A DNA stretch of 64,000 nucleotides from an uncultured delta proteobacterium (GCA_963771465.1 CAVYTU010000018.1:64001-128000); one strand, 5' to 3'; counted from the first letter of the stretch, positions 29,544 through 40,075 are shown. Numbers and translations: made by a program. The notes: a model not told the origin generated them from the sequence alone.

Positions 29544-31481
29544 CTATTCAGTGACGGTTTTAAATCCGGGTGCACGGTGCATCCACTCCCAAGCGATCAT
29601 AGCTGCACCGAGGGCGAAGCCAGCGAAGTCGGCGAACAGTAGCAAATTACTTGTTGACGGCAGTAGTAACATCAACGCGGCGAGCCATAGTAAACCGCGA
29701 TTGACCCAGGTTAGCGGGCGAAATAAATAGCCGGCGCAGCCGGCGGCGAGCATGATGATGCCGATGCTGGCGGTGAAGATCGCGATGACAATTTCTTTCG
29801 GCGTGCCGATGAAAATCAGGGCTGGATGCAGCGCGAAAATGAATGGGACAATATAGGCGGCGATGCCGAGGCGCATGGCGGTCCAGCCGGTCTGCCAGAA
29901 GTTCGCGTGGGCGATGGATGCGGCGATGTAGACGGGCAAGCAATCCGGCGGCGTGATCAGCGAGACCATGCCGAAGTAGAAGAGAAAGAGATGCGCGGCG
30001 AGCGGTGGAATGCCGAGTTGTATCAACGCCGGCGCGGCGAGAACGGCGAGGGTGATGTAGACGACCGTGGTTGGTAGCGGCAGGCCGAGGAACAGACAGC
30101 CGAGCGCGGTGATGAGGAGCAGCAAGTAAATATTATTGCCGGAGAGGGTGACCAGCAGCAGAGAGATTTTGAAAGTGAAGCCGGAAAGATGGAGCGCGCC
30201 GATGACAATGCCGGCGAGCGCCGTGATTACGGCGATGTCGAGCAGAATTTTGCCGGTCTCTTCGAAAGCCGCGACGATTTTTTTGAACGACGGGCGAGTT
30301 TCTTTCTGCAGTGCGCCGACGGCCAAGACGCCGATAACGGCGACCATGCCGGCTTTGCCGGCTTCCCAATTTTCGATCATCAGCGTGTAGACGAGAATCG
30401 AAAGGGGAATCAGAAATACCCAGCCCAAGCGGATGACGCTGCGAAATTTGGGAATTTCATTGGCCGGCAGTCCTAATAAACCGCGCTTGGCCGCTTCCAA
30501 ATCGATTTGCGTGAACAGTGCGAGATAGTAGAGCGCGGCGGGAATGGCTGCGGCGAGTGCGATTTGACCGTATGGGATATTTAAGAATTCCGCCATCAAA
30601 AATGCCGCGGCGCCCATGACCGGCGGCGTGATCTGGCCGCCGTTCGAAGCGACCGCTTCGATGGCGGCGGCGAGATGCGCGGGAAATCCCGTGCTCTTCA
30701 TCAGCGGGATCGTGATCGCGCCGTCGACGACGACATTGGCGACCGCGCTGCCGGACACCGTGCCGAAGAGCGCGGAGGAAACCACCGATACTTTCGCCGG
30801 CCCGCCGCGGTAACGGCCGGTGGCGATGAGCGCAAGATCGGTGAGAAATTTATCGCCGCCGACGGCGTAGAGCGCTTGGCCGAATAGGATGAAAGCGACG
30901 ACGACGCCGGCGGCGACGTCGAGGGGCAAGCCGAGCATGGCGTTGGAATCCAAATAGAGATAGCTGGCGATGCGCGCCCACGACGGGCTCTTTGAGTACA
31001 ATATCCCGGGCATGTGCTCGGCGAATCGGGTGTAAAGGATCACGCCGAGCGCAAGCCATGCGAGCGTTCCGCCGGCGACCCGACGGGTCGCTTCGAGCAG
31101 TAGCAAGATCGCCAGGCCACCGAAGATCCAGCGGTCGGGCGAGAGTATGCCAAGACGATAGGCAATGGTCGGATACAAAATCGTCACGTACAGACCGACG
31201 GCGAGACCGCCGAGCGCGAGTAGCCAGTCGTACCAGGGAACGTTGTCACCGACTTGTTTGGGAAACGTTTTGATGGCGAGAAAGACGCTGCCGAGACCGA
31301 GAGCGAGGAACAGCGCGAGATACTGTTGCTTGAAAAAAGTAACTTCGAAGTGGTGATGAATCTCCAACGCCCACAACGAACCGAGCACCGTGATTGAAAT
31401 CAGCAGCGCGCGCAGGATGGCCGACGGCGCGCCGGTGAGCTTGCGAAAACGTTCAGGTGTGGCGGCGAGCTCGTCACTCAT
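29544..31481 (-). CDS. TRAP transporter fused 4TM/12TM permease (TAXI-associated)
   Basis: GRYRGGPAKVSVVSSALFGTVSGSAVANV, EAVASNGGQITPPVMGAAAFLMAEFL, ITPP. Confidence 0.93.
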   Translation of the reverse strand: MSDELAATPERFRKLTGAPSAILRALLISITVLGSLWALEIHHHFEVTFFKQQYLALFLALGLGSVFLAIKTFPKQVGDNVPWYDWLLALGGLAVGLYVTILYPTIAYRLGILSPDRWIFGGLAILLLLEATRRVAGGTLAWLALGVILYTRFAEHMPGILYSKSPSWARIASYLYLDSNAMLGLPLDVAAGVVVAFILFGQALYAVGGDKFLTDLALIATGRYRGGPAKVSVVSSALFGTVSGSAVANVVVDGAITIPLMKSTGFPAHLAAAIEAVASNGGQITPPVMGAAAFLMAEFLNIPYGQIALAAAIPAALYYLALFTQIDLEAAKRGLLGLPANEIPKFRSVIRLGWVFLIPLSILVYTLMIENWEAGKAGMVAVIGVLAVGALQKETRPSFKKIVAAFEETGKILLDIAVITALAGIVIGALHLSGFTFKISLLLVTLSGNNIYLLLLITALGCLFLGLPLPTTVVYITLAVLAAPALIQLGIPPLAAHLFLFYFGMVSLITPPDCLPVYIAASIAHANFWQTGWTAMRLGIAAYIVPFIFALHPALIFIGTPKEIVIAIFTASIGIIMLAAGCAGYLFRPLTWVNRGLLWLAALMLLLPSTSNLLLFADFAGFALGAAMIAWEWMHRAPGFKTVTE

Positions 31482-31555
31482 CGTAAAAGATCGATCCGTT
31501 CAAATCGTCAAGCGCTCGCCCTCGGTTCCAGCCGTTTAAGCCGTTGAAGCGGAAG

Positions 31556-32578
31556 TCACGGATTCACCGCCAGCAGGCGTTTCTGCGCATCGTCCATCTT
31601 GGCGTTCCAAAGATTTTTTTCCTTGTAGAACTGCACGGCGGCGGGATGATAGGGAACCGTCACGTCGGCAGACGCAGCGCGTTCGCGGGTCCAGTCTTGG
31701 AACTGCGCGTGGAGCGGTGGCAGCTTGTCGACGTTATCCCACACGGCTTTCAGCGCGGTTACTACCACGTCGTTGGAGAGGCCTTTGTGGCCGAGCATGT
31801 AAATGTCGAAAGTAAGCACGCAGGTGTCGGCGACGATGCCGGTCGAAAACCCCGATTTTAGCGTCGTTGTCGAGTAACCGGGAACGGCTTTTCTCACCCG
31901 GCCGTCTCCTTGAGCGCTACAATCGAGCGGAACATGGCGCACGCCGACAGCGGCATCGGCTTCTTTTACTTTTGCCGCGCCAATCGCGTGGATGCTGACA
32001 TCGGCGCGGCCTTGGACGACGGCATCGACACCTTCGTTGACAGCAGGCACTGGCACGACTTTAACATCTTCCCATGCGATTCCCGCGCTCGCCAGCGCCG
32101 CGTAGCCGTGATACCAAATCGCAATGTTCGCCGGATACTCGCCGGTAACGCGCTTGCCTTTGACTTCCTGGACGCTCTTTACGCCGTCTTTTTTGGCGAC
32201 GAGGCCGATGAACAGCGGCGAGCCGCGCATGATCAGTCGAGCATTGGGTACATGGGGCAGCGGATTCTTGCCGCCGATCTTGAGCTTTGCCGGCCCTTGA
32301 TAGGCGAGATTGGATTCGACCGCGTTGATGATGGCAAAGTCTAGTTCACCGCTGTCGAGCAGCGGTAACAGGGTGCTGGTGCCGGTATAAGGCTGCACCA
32401 TCGACTGCATCGGTCCCGCGCCGCTGATCACTTTCGCCAAACCAGCGCCGACAGCGTAGAACACGGTGCCGGCGGGGTTGGTGCCGACGGTAACCGAAGC
32501 AGGGAGTTTTTGCGCGTTGACCGCGGCACGGCCGAGCGAGAGTGCCATGATCATTAGCGCGAGAATTTTTATCTTCAT
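31556..32578 (-). CDS. TAXI-family TRAP solute-binding protein
   Basis: Signal peptide from MKIKIL, GTNPAGTVFY, VKGKRV, VPYHPAAVQFYKE. Confidence 0.9.
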   Translation of the reverse strand: MKIKILALMIMALSLGRAAVNAQKLPASVTVGTNPAGTVFYAVGAGLAKVISGAGPMQSMVQPYTGTSTLLPLLDSGELDFAIINAVESNLAYQGPAKLKIGGKNPLPHVPNARLIMRGSPLFIGLVAKKDGVKSVQEVKGKRVTGEYPANIAIWYHGYAALASAGIAWEDVKVVPVPAVNEGVDAVVQGRADVSIHAIGAAKVKEADAAVGVRHVPLDCSAQGDGRVRKAVPGYSTTTLKSGFSTGIVADTCVLTFDIYMLGHKGLSNDVVVTALKAVWDNVDKLPPLHAQFQDWTRERAASADVTVPYHPAAVQFYKEKNLWNAKMDDAQKRLLAVNP

Positions 32579-32648
32579 AATATCCCCCTGTTGTTGTCTA
32601 GCTTTTAGCGTTAATCGGAAAGCCAGACGATAGACTCTGAATTCTCGT

Positions 32649-33674
32649 TTACGGTTTCCACGCCAGCAATCTCTTTTGCACATCATCCATCTTTGCCGGC
32701 CAGGCGCCCGCGTCTTTAAAATAGCGAACCGCAGCCGGATGGTAGGGAATCGTGACCTCCGGATCGACGGCGCGCGCTTTGGTCCACTCGACAAAGCCGG
32801 GATGGAATTGCGGCAGCTTGTCGATGTTGACCCAAATCGCTTGCAGCACGCTGCGCACCACGGGATCGGGGAGTTTCGCATGGCCGACTAAATAGATATC
32901 GTAGGTGTAGGCGCAGAGGTCTTGGAGTATTCCAGACGACGAGCCGCCTTTGACGGTGGATAAGTAATAGCCTGGTACCGCTTTCTTGATTCTTTCTTCA
33001 CCGAGCTTAGAACAATCCAAAGACAAGAATCGAATGCCAACGGCGGCATCGGCTTCCTTCAGTTTCGCCGAGCCGAAGGCGTGCGTCGTCACGTCGGCGC
33101 GGCCCTGGATGAGCGCGTCGACGCCTTCGTTGACGGCGGGCACGGGCACGACTTTAACATCGTTCCAGGTAAGTCCGGCGTTCGAGAGCGAAGCGTACAT
33201 GTTGTACCAGACCGCTAGCTGAGCGGGATACTCGCCGGTAACGCGTTTGCCTTTGACGTCAGCCAGAGTTTTGATCGGCGCATCTTTTCTGACGACAAAA
33301 CTGCTGCGCAGCGGCGCGCCGCGCATGATCAAACGCGAGCTGGCCACATGAGGAAAGGGATTTTTGCCACCGACCTTGTAGTTCACACCGCGGTAAACCA
33401 TGCCCATATCGACCGCGTTGACGACGCCAAAGTCGAGCTCGCCGCTGTCGAACAGCGGCACGAACGTGCTGGTGCCGGCGTGGGGCTGCACTTGCGCCTG
33501 GATCGATGCCGCATCGCTGATAACTTTCGCCAATCCGCTGGCGAGCGCATAGAACAGCGAGCCCGGCGGGTTCGAGCCGACGTTGACGGACTTGGGTAGC
33601 TGCTGGGCGTGAGTGCTTGTGGTGACGAGTAAAAACAAAATCGCGATCAAGCTAGGCATAAAATTTCGACGCAT
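32649..33674 (-). CDS. TAXI-family TRAP solute-binding protein (tandem paralog)
   Basis: GSNPPGSLFY, VKGKRVTGEYPA, IPYHPAAVRYFKD. Start MRRNF with a GGAGG RBS. Confidence 0.9.
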   Translation of the reverse strand: MRRNFMPSLIAILFLLVTTSTHAQQLPKSVNVGSNPPGSLFYALASGLAKVISDAASIQAQVQPHAGTSTFVPLFDSGELDFGVVNAVDMGMVYRGVNYKVGGKNPFPHVASSRLIMRGAPLRSSFVVRKDAPIKTLADVKGKRVTGEYPAQLAVWYNMYASLSNAGLTWNDVKVVPVPAVNEGVDALIQGRADVTTHAFGSAKLKEADAAVGIRFLSLDCSKLGEERIKKAVPGYYLSTVKGGSSSGILQDLCAYTYDIYLVGHAKLPDPVVRSVLQAIWVNIDKLPQFHPGFVEWTKARAVDPEVTIPYHPAAVRYFKDAGAWPAKMDDVQKRLLAWKP

Positions 33675-33837
33675 GAAACCTCCTTGGTCAAATCGGCGGC
33701 CACTGTAATGCGAACCGGAGACAGCGTCAATGATTTTTGTCGAAGAGTTTGAAGGCGAAACAATTCTGAAAGTTGAATGCAAGGCCGACGTTTGACCGGT
33801 TTTTGAGTTATTACGACTCTCTGAACCTTCAGTCTTT

Positions 33838-34996
33838 TCATTTCCCCCACAACTCCTTTGTCGCCAGCCGGGCGCCTTCGGCCATCGCTTCGAACTTGGC
33901 CCAGCAGATCTGTGCGCTGCCGACTCTCGGGCCGAGGCCGCAGTCGGTGCCGGCCATGACGTTTTCTCGGCCGACGATCTTGGCGTAGCGAACTAGATCG
34001 ATCGGCGATCGCTTGCGGATGCTCGACGATGTCGGTGGCGTGGCCAACGACGCCGGGTACGAGCACTTTGCCGGCGGGCAGTTTTACTTCCTCCCAGACG
34101 CGCCACTCGTGCTCGTGGCGCGGGTTGGCGGCTTCGATGGAAATCGTGTTGGCTTTGACTTTAAGAATGATGTCGATGATGTCGCGCAACGGGATGTCGT
34201 ATTTATGCGGGCCGTGGTAGCTGCCCCAACAGGTATGGAAGCGAATCCGATCGGGCGGGATGTCGCGCAGACAATGGTTGAGTGCGTCGACTCTCAGCTC
34301 GGCGTACTTGCGATATTCCGGCACGGTCATCTTCGACATGAACTGCCATCCATCCGGCAAATCAGGATCGTCGATCTGCAGCAAAAAGCCGGCGTCGACG
34401 ATCGCCTTGTATTCTTCATGCATGGCGTCGGCGATGGCGACGAGATACGTTTCGTCGTTCGGGTAGTAATCATTTTTCATCCAGTGTTCGATGGTGCCCG
34501 GCGCGATCGCAGGAAGAAATGCTTCTTCGTATTTCTGGCCATGCAAGCCGGCCTTGAAGTCGGCGATTTCCGCTTTCAATGATTCATCGCCGATGTATTT
34601 GAGCGGCGCGTTACAAAACACCCGTTTGATGTTGTCGCCGCGATGGTAAGTTCGCGCTGCGAAATAGTCGCTGAACTCGGTTAGATCTCTGGCATAGATC
34701 GTCGAAGCTTGGTCGCTCGCTGTTACGTCACGTTCGACGAAGCCGCTCAGCCGATCGCGCGCGTAACGGGAGAAATTCGACTTGCCGACTTCGCCGTCGT
34801 TAATAATATCGAGGCCGCAGGCGATTTGCTTCTTGACGACGTCCGCGACGGCGCCGCGCACTCGCGTGGTGAACGCGTCCTGATCGATGGGCTTACCCGC
34901 TACTTGATCGTTGTGCATCTCCTTCAAATCCGCCGGCTGCGGCAGTGCGCCGGCGTGGGTGGTTAGGATTCGGTCAGTGCTGTATTTCATTGACAT
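33838..34996 (-). CDS. Cobalamin-independent methionine synthase II-like (MetE C-terminal/XecA family) protein; +1 frameshift near 33997
   Basis: TTHAGALP, INDGE, LQIDDP, FHTCWG, IEAANPRHEHEW. The C-terminal AGTDCGLG...WAKFEAM lies in the next frame. Confidence 0.85.
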
Positions 34997-35076
34997 TCCT
35001 TCCTTCTAACGTTTTGAACCGTTCAAGGCTTTCTAAAAGTTCAAGCCGTTCGAGTCGTATGCCGAAAGTAACAACG

Positions 35077-36070
35077 TCAGCGCAGAGTTTCCGCGACTTT
35101 TAGCGCGAAACTGAAATCGAAGACGCGTTCGGGTGGCGCGATCTCCTTGGGTTTGATGCGTTGCGCGGCGACGGCGATCATTTCGCGCTGAAGCTTTTCG
35201 TCGACGGCGCCCGATTGCAGATAGTACTGCAGCGCCGCGTCGTAAATACGGTCCGCGAATCGATCGCGGTCCTTGCCTAGATCGAGGTAAGGCCCTTTGA
35301 TGAATTCCATAGCAAATTTTTTGTCGCTTCGAATCAGGCGCAGTGCTCGCTGGGTTGCGCGAATCATTTTGCTGACAAGTTCTGGCCGCTCCGAAATGGT
35401 ACGCTTTGGTCGTTGTCAGCCCGCCTTGCACGGCGCGGTAAACATCCGCGCCGGCGGCGAGCTTGCGAAAACCTTCGTCGACGGCGAGAAAGGTCTGCGG
35501 GATCTGCAGCATGGTGGCGTCGATGGTGCCGGCCTTCAATGCGACGTAAAGCACGTCGCTCGTGCCCAAGGGCAAAAACGTGACTTGTTCCGTCGGAACC
35601 TTGTTGGCGAGAAAAATCTGCCGGGCGAGAATTTCGGCCAGGGCACCGAACGCGGTAATGCCGAGCTTTTTGCCGCGCATTTGTTGGAGGTTGGCGATGC
35701 TTGGCGCGGCGATCAGATCGAAGGACGGTTTGTCGGTCAATGCAAAGACGACCCTAACATCGATGCCATTTACCGCCGCCGCGACGGCAGTTCCCGTCGC
35801 CGTGCCGAAATCGATGCCGCCCGCCAACATCGCCGGTATGGTTTGAGCCGCCTTGATGAAAATGAGCTCAGGCTCCAGACCCTCTTCGCGAAAGTAACCG
35901 CGGTCGCGGGCGATGATAAAAGGCATGTCCAGGATGCTGCGCGAAACATAGCCGATGCGCACCGGAGCCAACTTGGCTGATTTCTCGGCGGCCTGGAGGC
36001 CTTCGGGCATACTCAGGAGAACGCAAAGTATCGTGCACAACGCGGCTAGGATTGTTTTCGTGTATCGCAT
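35077..36070 (-). CDS. NMT1/SsuA-type solute-binding protein; +1 frameshift at about 35401
   Basis: GYFREEGLEPELI, MRGKKLGI. Removing one base joins LTTTKA to TISERPELVSKMIRA...VFDFSFA. Confidence 0.82.
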
Positions 36071-36130
36071 GAGTCGTACTCCGATCCTTGGGATTGGGAT
36101 GGGAACTCGAAACTCAAGACTCAAACTTTC

Positions 36131-36796
36131 TTAGGCGTAAGCGTCGTAGATGCCGTCGAACTTGGCGATCTTGAAGCGCACCATGTTTTTTGCGGCGATG
36201 CGCACCATTTCTTGCTCGCGGTCGGTGTTGGCGAAGCGCGCGATGGTGTCCGCCGCCATGGCGGTGTGTTCCTTGTCGACTTTGCCGTGAACGGTGAAAA
36301 AGGTGCGCGCCCGGCTGTCGAGGCCGTAGTGTTTTTCCAACGAAGCGTCGAATTCGTCGGAGTAGCGCTGCACCATGGTTTCATTCACCAGGGCGCCGGC
36401 GCGGGTTTCCGCCGGCGCGCCGACGAACATGCCGCGGATGATCGCCGCGGTGTGGGCGACGCACTCAAAGATCATGATGCCGTCGTCGAAGTCTTTTTCG
36501 CTGAGCCCGATCGCCAATCCGAAGCGCTTCATCAATCCGGGATGAGACTGCTCCTCGGTAAATAGTTCACAGAACTGCTCGTACATCGGTTGGTTGTTGG
36601 CATTACGAACCATTAGAAACGCCAGCCCTTTGTTGATCACATGATTCGACAGGTAATGTTGCACGGCGAAACCTTGCAGGCGTTTTTTTGATAGCTTGCC
36701 GGCGCCGAGCTCGGTGAAGAAACGCGTGGTCATCAACTGATCCACACCCGGACTGATGATCTCGCGCATGACGCTTTCGACGAATTGGTTAGACAT
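36131..36796 (-). CDS. Third heme-oxygenase-like diiron oxidase (CADD/TenA fold)
   Basis: RFFTELGAGKL, EEQSH, VNE, HYG...FFTVHGKVDKEH (H-x3-D-x2-H). Confidence 0.82.
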   Translation of the reverse strand: MSNQFVESVMREIISPGVDQLMTTRFFTELGAGKLSKKRLQGFAVQHYLSNHVINKGLAFLMVRNANNQPMYEQFCELFTEEQSHPGLMKRFGLAIGLSEKDFDDGIMIFECVAHTAAIIRGMFVGAPAETRAGALVNETMVQRYSDEFDASLEKHYGLDSRARTFFTVHGKVDKEHTAMAADTIARFANTDREQEMVRIAAKNMVRFKIAKFDGIYDAYA

Positions 36797-36948
36797 AGGC
36801 TTTCCCTAATAAAAGATTTTGTAAGCGAACAGTGGCAGAGGGACGGTTAGACTGTCAAGCGGCGATGACGGCGACCGCGCTTGATTGACAGGTACCGTCG
36901 AGACGACTAAAAGTTCATGGAACTCTATCCTTTCCATCGGAGCCGATC

Positions 36949-37791
36949 ATGCCCATAGCGAAGTTAGCTGATCTTGAAATTTACTACGAACAGCAGGGTA
37001 GCGGCGACGCGATGTTGCTCGCGCCGGCTTCCTGGTGGCCGTCGGATACTTGGAACGTCGGCGTGGTGCCGTTCCTGTCGAGGCGATTTAAAACGATCAG
37101 CTTCGATTGCCGCGGCACGGGCCGGAGTGGTCAGCCCAACGACGGCTACACCGTTAGTCAATTCGCCAATGATTGCATCGCGTTGCTCGCGCACTTGAAA
37201 ATCTCCCGCTGCCACGCGGTGGGCTTCGCTCTCGGCGGGCAGATCGGGCAGGCGATGGCGATTGCGCGGCCTGATGTCGTGGCGACGCTGACGATCGCCG
37301 CGTCGGGAGCAGGCGCAAAAACGCTCGCGGGCGGACAGAGGAGTTTGTCGCCGGATACGGCGCGAGAAATTCACGCCAGCGGATTCGAGCGCTACATCCG
37401 CAACTACATCGAGAACGACACCATGGCTTTCAATGCCAAATTTTATCGCGAACATGGCGCGGTGGTGGCGGCCTTGGCAGATGCCGTGTGGTCGGGGCAA
37501 AGCACGGTGGAGATGTTTCGCCGCCACGAAGACGCGCGGCTTACCTGGGACACGCTGGCAAAAGCGGCCGAGGTCAAAGTGCCGACATTGATTCTCTGCG
37601 GCGCCGACGATGACGTGAGCCGGCGCGGCAGCACGCCGGTCGGCACCGCGCGGCGTTTAGCCGAACTGACGCCCGGCGCCGAGCTATGCTTGATTCCCGA
37701 CACCAAGCATATGACGTTCTGGGACGGTAATGGCGGGCTGATCGCGCTGGAAGATTTCTTGCTGCGCCATCCGATCGATTCAAACCGGTAA
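36949..37791 (+). CDS. Alpha/beta hydrolase-fold protein lacking the nucleophile Ser
   Basis: IYYEQQGSG, FDCRGTGRS, HAVGFALGG, VKVPTLILCGADD, KHMTF. Confidence 0.85.
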   Translation: MPIAKLADLEIYYEQQGSGDAMLLAPASWWPSDTWNVGVVPFLSRRFKTISFDCRGTGRSGQPNDGYTVSQFANDCIALLAHLKISRCHAVGFALGGQIGQAMAIARPDVVATLTIAASGAGAKTLAGGQRSLSPDTAREIHASGFERYIRNYIENDTMAFNAKFYREHGAVVAALADAVWSGQSTVEMFRRHEDARLTWDTLAKAAEVKVPTLILCGADDDVSRRGSTPVGTARRLAELTPGAELCLIPDTKHMTFWDGNGGLIALEDFLLRHPIDSNR

Positions 37792-37921
37792 TTTTCCGTT
37801 TGAGCTGCAAGCCCGTCTCGCGCTACAAGCAGAAACGGAATTGAATTGCGCAAAGGGCGGCCGGCCGGTCGCCCCAGCGTCAGCAGGAACAACAATTGAC
37901 AAAAACTATTACGAGGGAGCG

Positions 37922-38758
37922 ATGCCAACGGCGGATTTGGGCGAGGTAAAGATTTACTACGAAAGCCAAGGCGGCGGTGAAGCGGTGCTGCTCTGTCCGC
38001 CGTCGTGGTGGCCGAGCGATACTTGGAATGTCGGTGTCGTGCCGTTTCTCGCCAAACGTTTTCGCACGATCATTTTTGACTGCCGCGGCACCGGCCATTC
38101 GAGCAAGCCGGATCACGGTTACACCATCGAGCAGTTCGCCCAAGATTGTGCCGGGCTGTTGGAGCAATTGAAAATTTCACGCTGCCACGCGGTGGGATTC
38201 GCTCTTGGAGGGCAAATCGCGCAGGCGTTAGCGATCGAGCGTCCCGATTTGGTCGCGACCCTGACCATCGCCGCCGTCGGCGCCGGCACCAAAGCGACGG
38301 ACGGCGGCCCGCGGGTGATTCGCAACACCGACGAAGAAGAGATTCGCGAACATGGCTTTGAGCAGTTCATTCGCGGCCATGTCGAAAACACCCATATGGC
38401 GTTCAATGCGAAATTCTTCGCTGAGCATCACGACGTTGTCGACGCGCTGTCGGACGCTTTGTGGCGGCGTCAGACGAGCCCGGAGCAGCATCGTTATCAC
38501 TACGAGGCGCGGCGCACGTGGGATACTTTGGGTAGCGCGCCAAAGGTGAAAGTGCCGACGCTGATCCTTTGCGGCGCCGGCGACGACGTCAATCGCGGCG
38601 GCAGCACGCCCGTCGGCACGGCGCGTAAGCTTGGGGAGTTGGTACCGGGCTGCGAGCTTGCGCTGGTGCCTGACGTGAAGCATATGACGTTTTGGGATGG
38701 CGACGGCGCGCTCCACGCGCTGCAAGCGTTCTTGACGCGACATCCGATCGGAAGCTGA
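37922..38758 (+). CDS. Alpha/beta hydrolase-fold protein lacking the nucleophile Ser (tandem paralog)
   Basis: IYYESQGGG, FDCRGTGHS, HAVGFALGG, VKVPTLILCGAGDD, KHMTF. Confidence 0.85.
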   Translation: MPTADLGEVKIYYESQGGGEAVLLCPPSWWPSDTWNVGVVPFLAKRFRTIIFDCRGTGHSSKPDHGYTIEQFAQDCAGLLEQLKISRCHAVGFALGGQIAQALAIERPDLVATLTIAAVGAGTKATDGGPRVIRNTDEEEIREHGFEQFIRGHVENTHMAFNAKFFAEHHDVVDALSDALWRRQTSPEQHRYHYEARRTWDTLGSAPKVKVPTLILCGAGDDVNRGGSTPVGTARKLGELVPGCELALVPDVKHMTFWDGDGALHALQAFLTRHPIGS

Positions 38759-38806
38759 TTGTTGAGTACGGCAACGATGAAGATAGGAATATTGGCGGGA
38801 GGCGAA

Positions 38807-39829
38807 ATGATGAGAATGAAGGCTCCGTTGCTCATTGTTGCCATGATGGTGCTATGGGCGGGGCAAACTATTGCTCAAGTCGCGAACCCGGACCTTATCG
38901 CGCAGGCGAAGAAGGAAGGGCGGGTCACTTGGTACACGACCGTGTCTATTCCCGAGAGCAAGCAGTTCATGGATATGTTTGAAAAGCAGTATCCATTTAT
39001 CAAAGTCGACCTGCTGCGCTCGGGCTCCGGCGCGTTGGTCAATCGAATCATCAGCGAGTATGCCGCGAAAAATTACGTCGCCGATGTCTTGCACGGCATG
39101 TCCAGTCGCGGCGGATTCACCGCCCTCAAGCAAAGAAATATTATTGGCCGTTATGAGTCGCCTGAGCATAAATATCTTCCCGCCGATATGAAGGACAAAG
39201 CGGGTTACTGGGCATCGACGTTTCAAAATACTTTTGTGCTGGCCTACAACAACAGAAATGTGAAACCGGCGGACGTGCCGCGCAGCTACGACGACTTGCT
39301 CAAACCGATGTGGAAAGGGCGGCAGATATTCAACGACACGGATAACTTCGAGTGGTTCGACGGCCTGCTCAAATTCTGGGGCAAAGAGAAAGGGCTCGCT
39401 TACTTTCGCCGGCTGGCGGCGCAAGACCAGATATTTCAGCGCGGCGCTCGCGGCCGAATTCAGCTCGTTGCCGCCGGTGAAGCGCCGTTGGCCTTCGGCT
39501 ATGGGCCGCACGCGCAGAGCTTCGTCAATCAGGGCGCGCCCATCGATTGGGTGGCCTTGGAGCCGGTCGTGGTCATCGTCAACACGGTCAGCATTGCGCA
39601 GCGCGCGCCGCATCCGGCAGCGGCGAAATTGCTAATCGACTTTCTGTTTTCCAAGGCGGCGCAGCTGAAACTGCGCGAACTCAGCCGCATCCCTTCGCGG
39701 AGCGATGTCGAACCCGATCCGCCGCGCCTGATCAAGGGATTCAAGAAAGTCGTTCAGGACATCGAGAACGATACCATGGCCGAATCGATCAAATTGTTCC
39801 AGCAGACTTTCGGTCTCGCTCCCGGTTGA
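38807..39829 (+). CDS. Extracellular solute-binding protein (Fe3+/AfuA-like family)
   Basis: AKKEGRVTWYT, FEKQYPFIKV, LAYN...PRSYDDLLKPMWKG, APHPAAAKLLIDFL. Confidence 0.88.
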   Translation: MMRMKAPLLIVAMMVLWAGQTIAQVANPDLIAQAKKEGRVTWYTTVSIPESKQFMDMFEKQYPFIKVDLLRSGSGALVNRIISEYAAKNYVADVLHGMSSRGGFTALKQRNIIGRYESPEHKYLPADMKDKAGYWASTFQNTFVLAYNNRNVKPADVPRSYDDLLKPMWKGRQIFNDTDNFEWFDGLLKFWGKEKGLAYFRRLAAQDQIFQRGARGRIQLVAAGEAPLAFGYGPHAQSFVNQGAPIDWVALEPVVVIVNTVSIAQRAPHPAAAKLLIDFLFSKAAQLKLRELSRIPSRSDVEPDPPRLIKGFKKVVQDIENDTMAESIKLFQQTFGLAPG

Positions 39830-39986
39830 TTTCAACCGGGCTCACAATGTTCAAATCGTTCAAGCTGTTCAATTCGTCTGAAGAGAAGATCTCGGGGGAG
39901 TTTGGATGCCGACAACACGCGCCGCTCATTGCCGGCGCTGAGTTAGCGCTGAAACCGGGCGTGCGACATATTTCGAACATTCGGTT

Positions 39987-40067
39987 TCACCACGAAGCTC
40001 ACGAAGGACACGAAGGTTTCGGAAAATTAACTCTCCGACCTTCGTCTCTTCGTGTCCTTCGTGGTGA
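39987..40067. repeat. Intergenic hairpin/MITE-like repeat with 11-bp terminal inverted repeats
   Basis: TCACCACGAAG...CTTCGTGGTGA, with three CACGAAG units on the left arm mirrored by CTTCGT(G) units on the right; lies between convergent genes. Confidence 0.7.
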
Positions 40068-40075
40068 GAGGTTCT

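Noticed and set aside
32579-32881. 101-aa N-terminal extension of the TAXI ORF (also the extensions on the tesA, dapA-like and second hydrolase ORFs)
   Set aside because: They overlap neighbouring genes or repeats; internal ATGs with an RBS or signal peptide are better starts.
39987-40067. CRISPR array or full IS element
   Set aside because: Units are 7-9 bp with no unique spacers; no cas or transposase genes.
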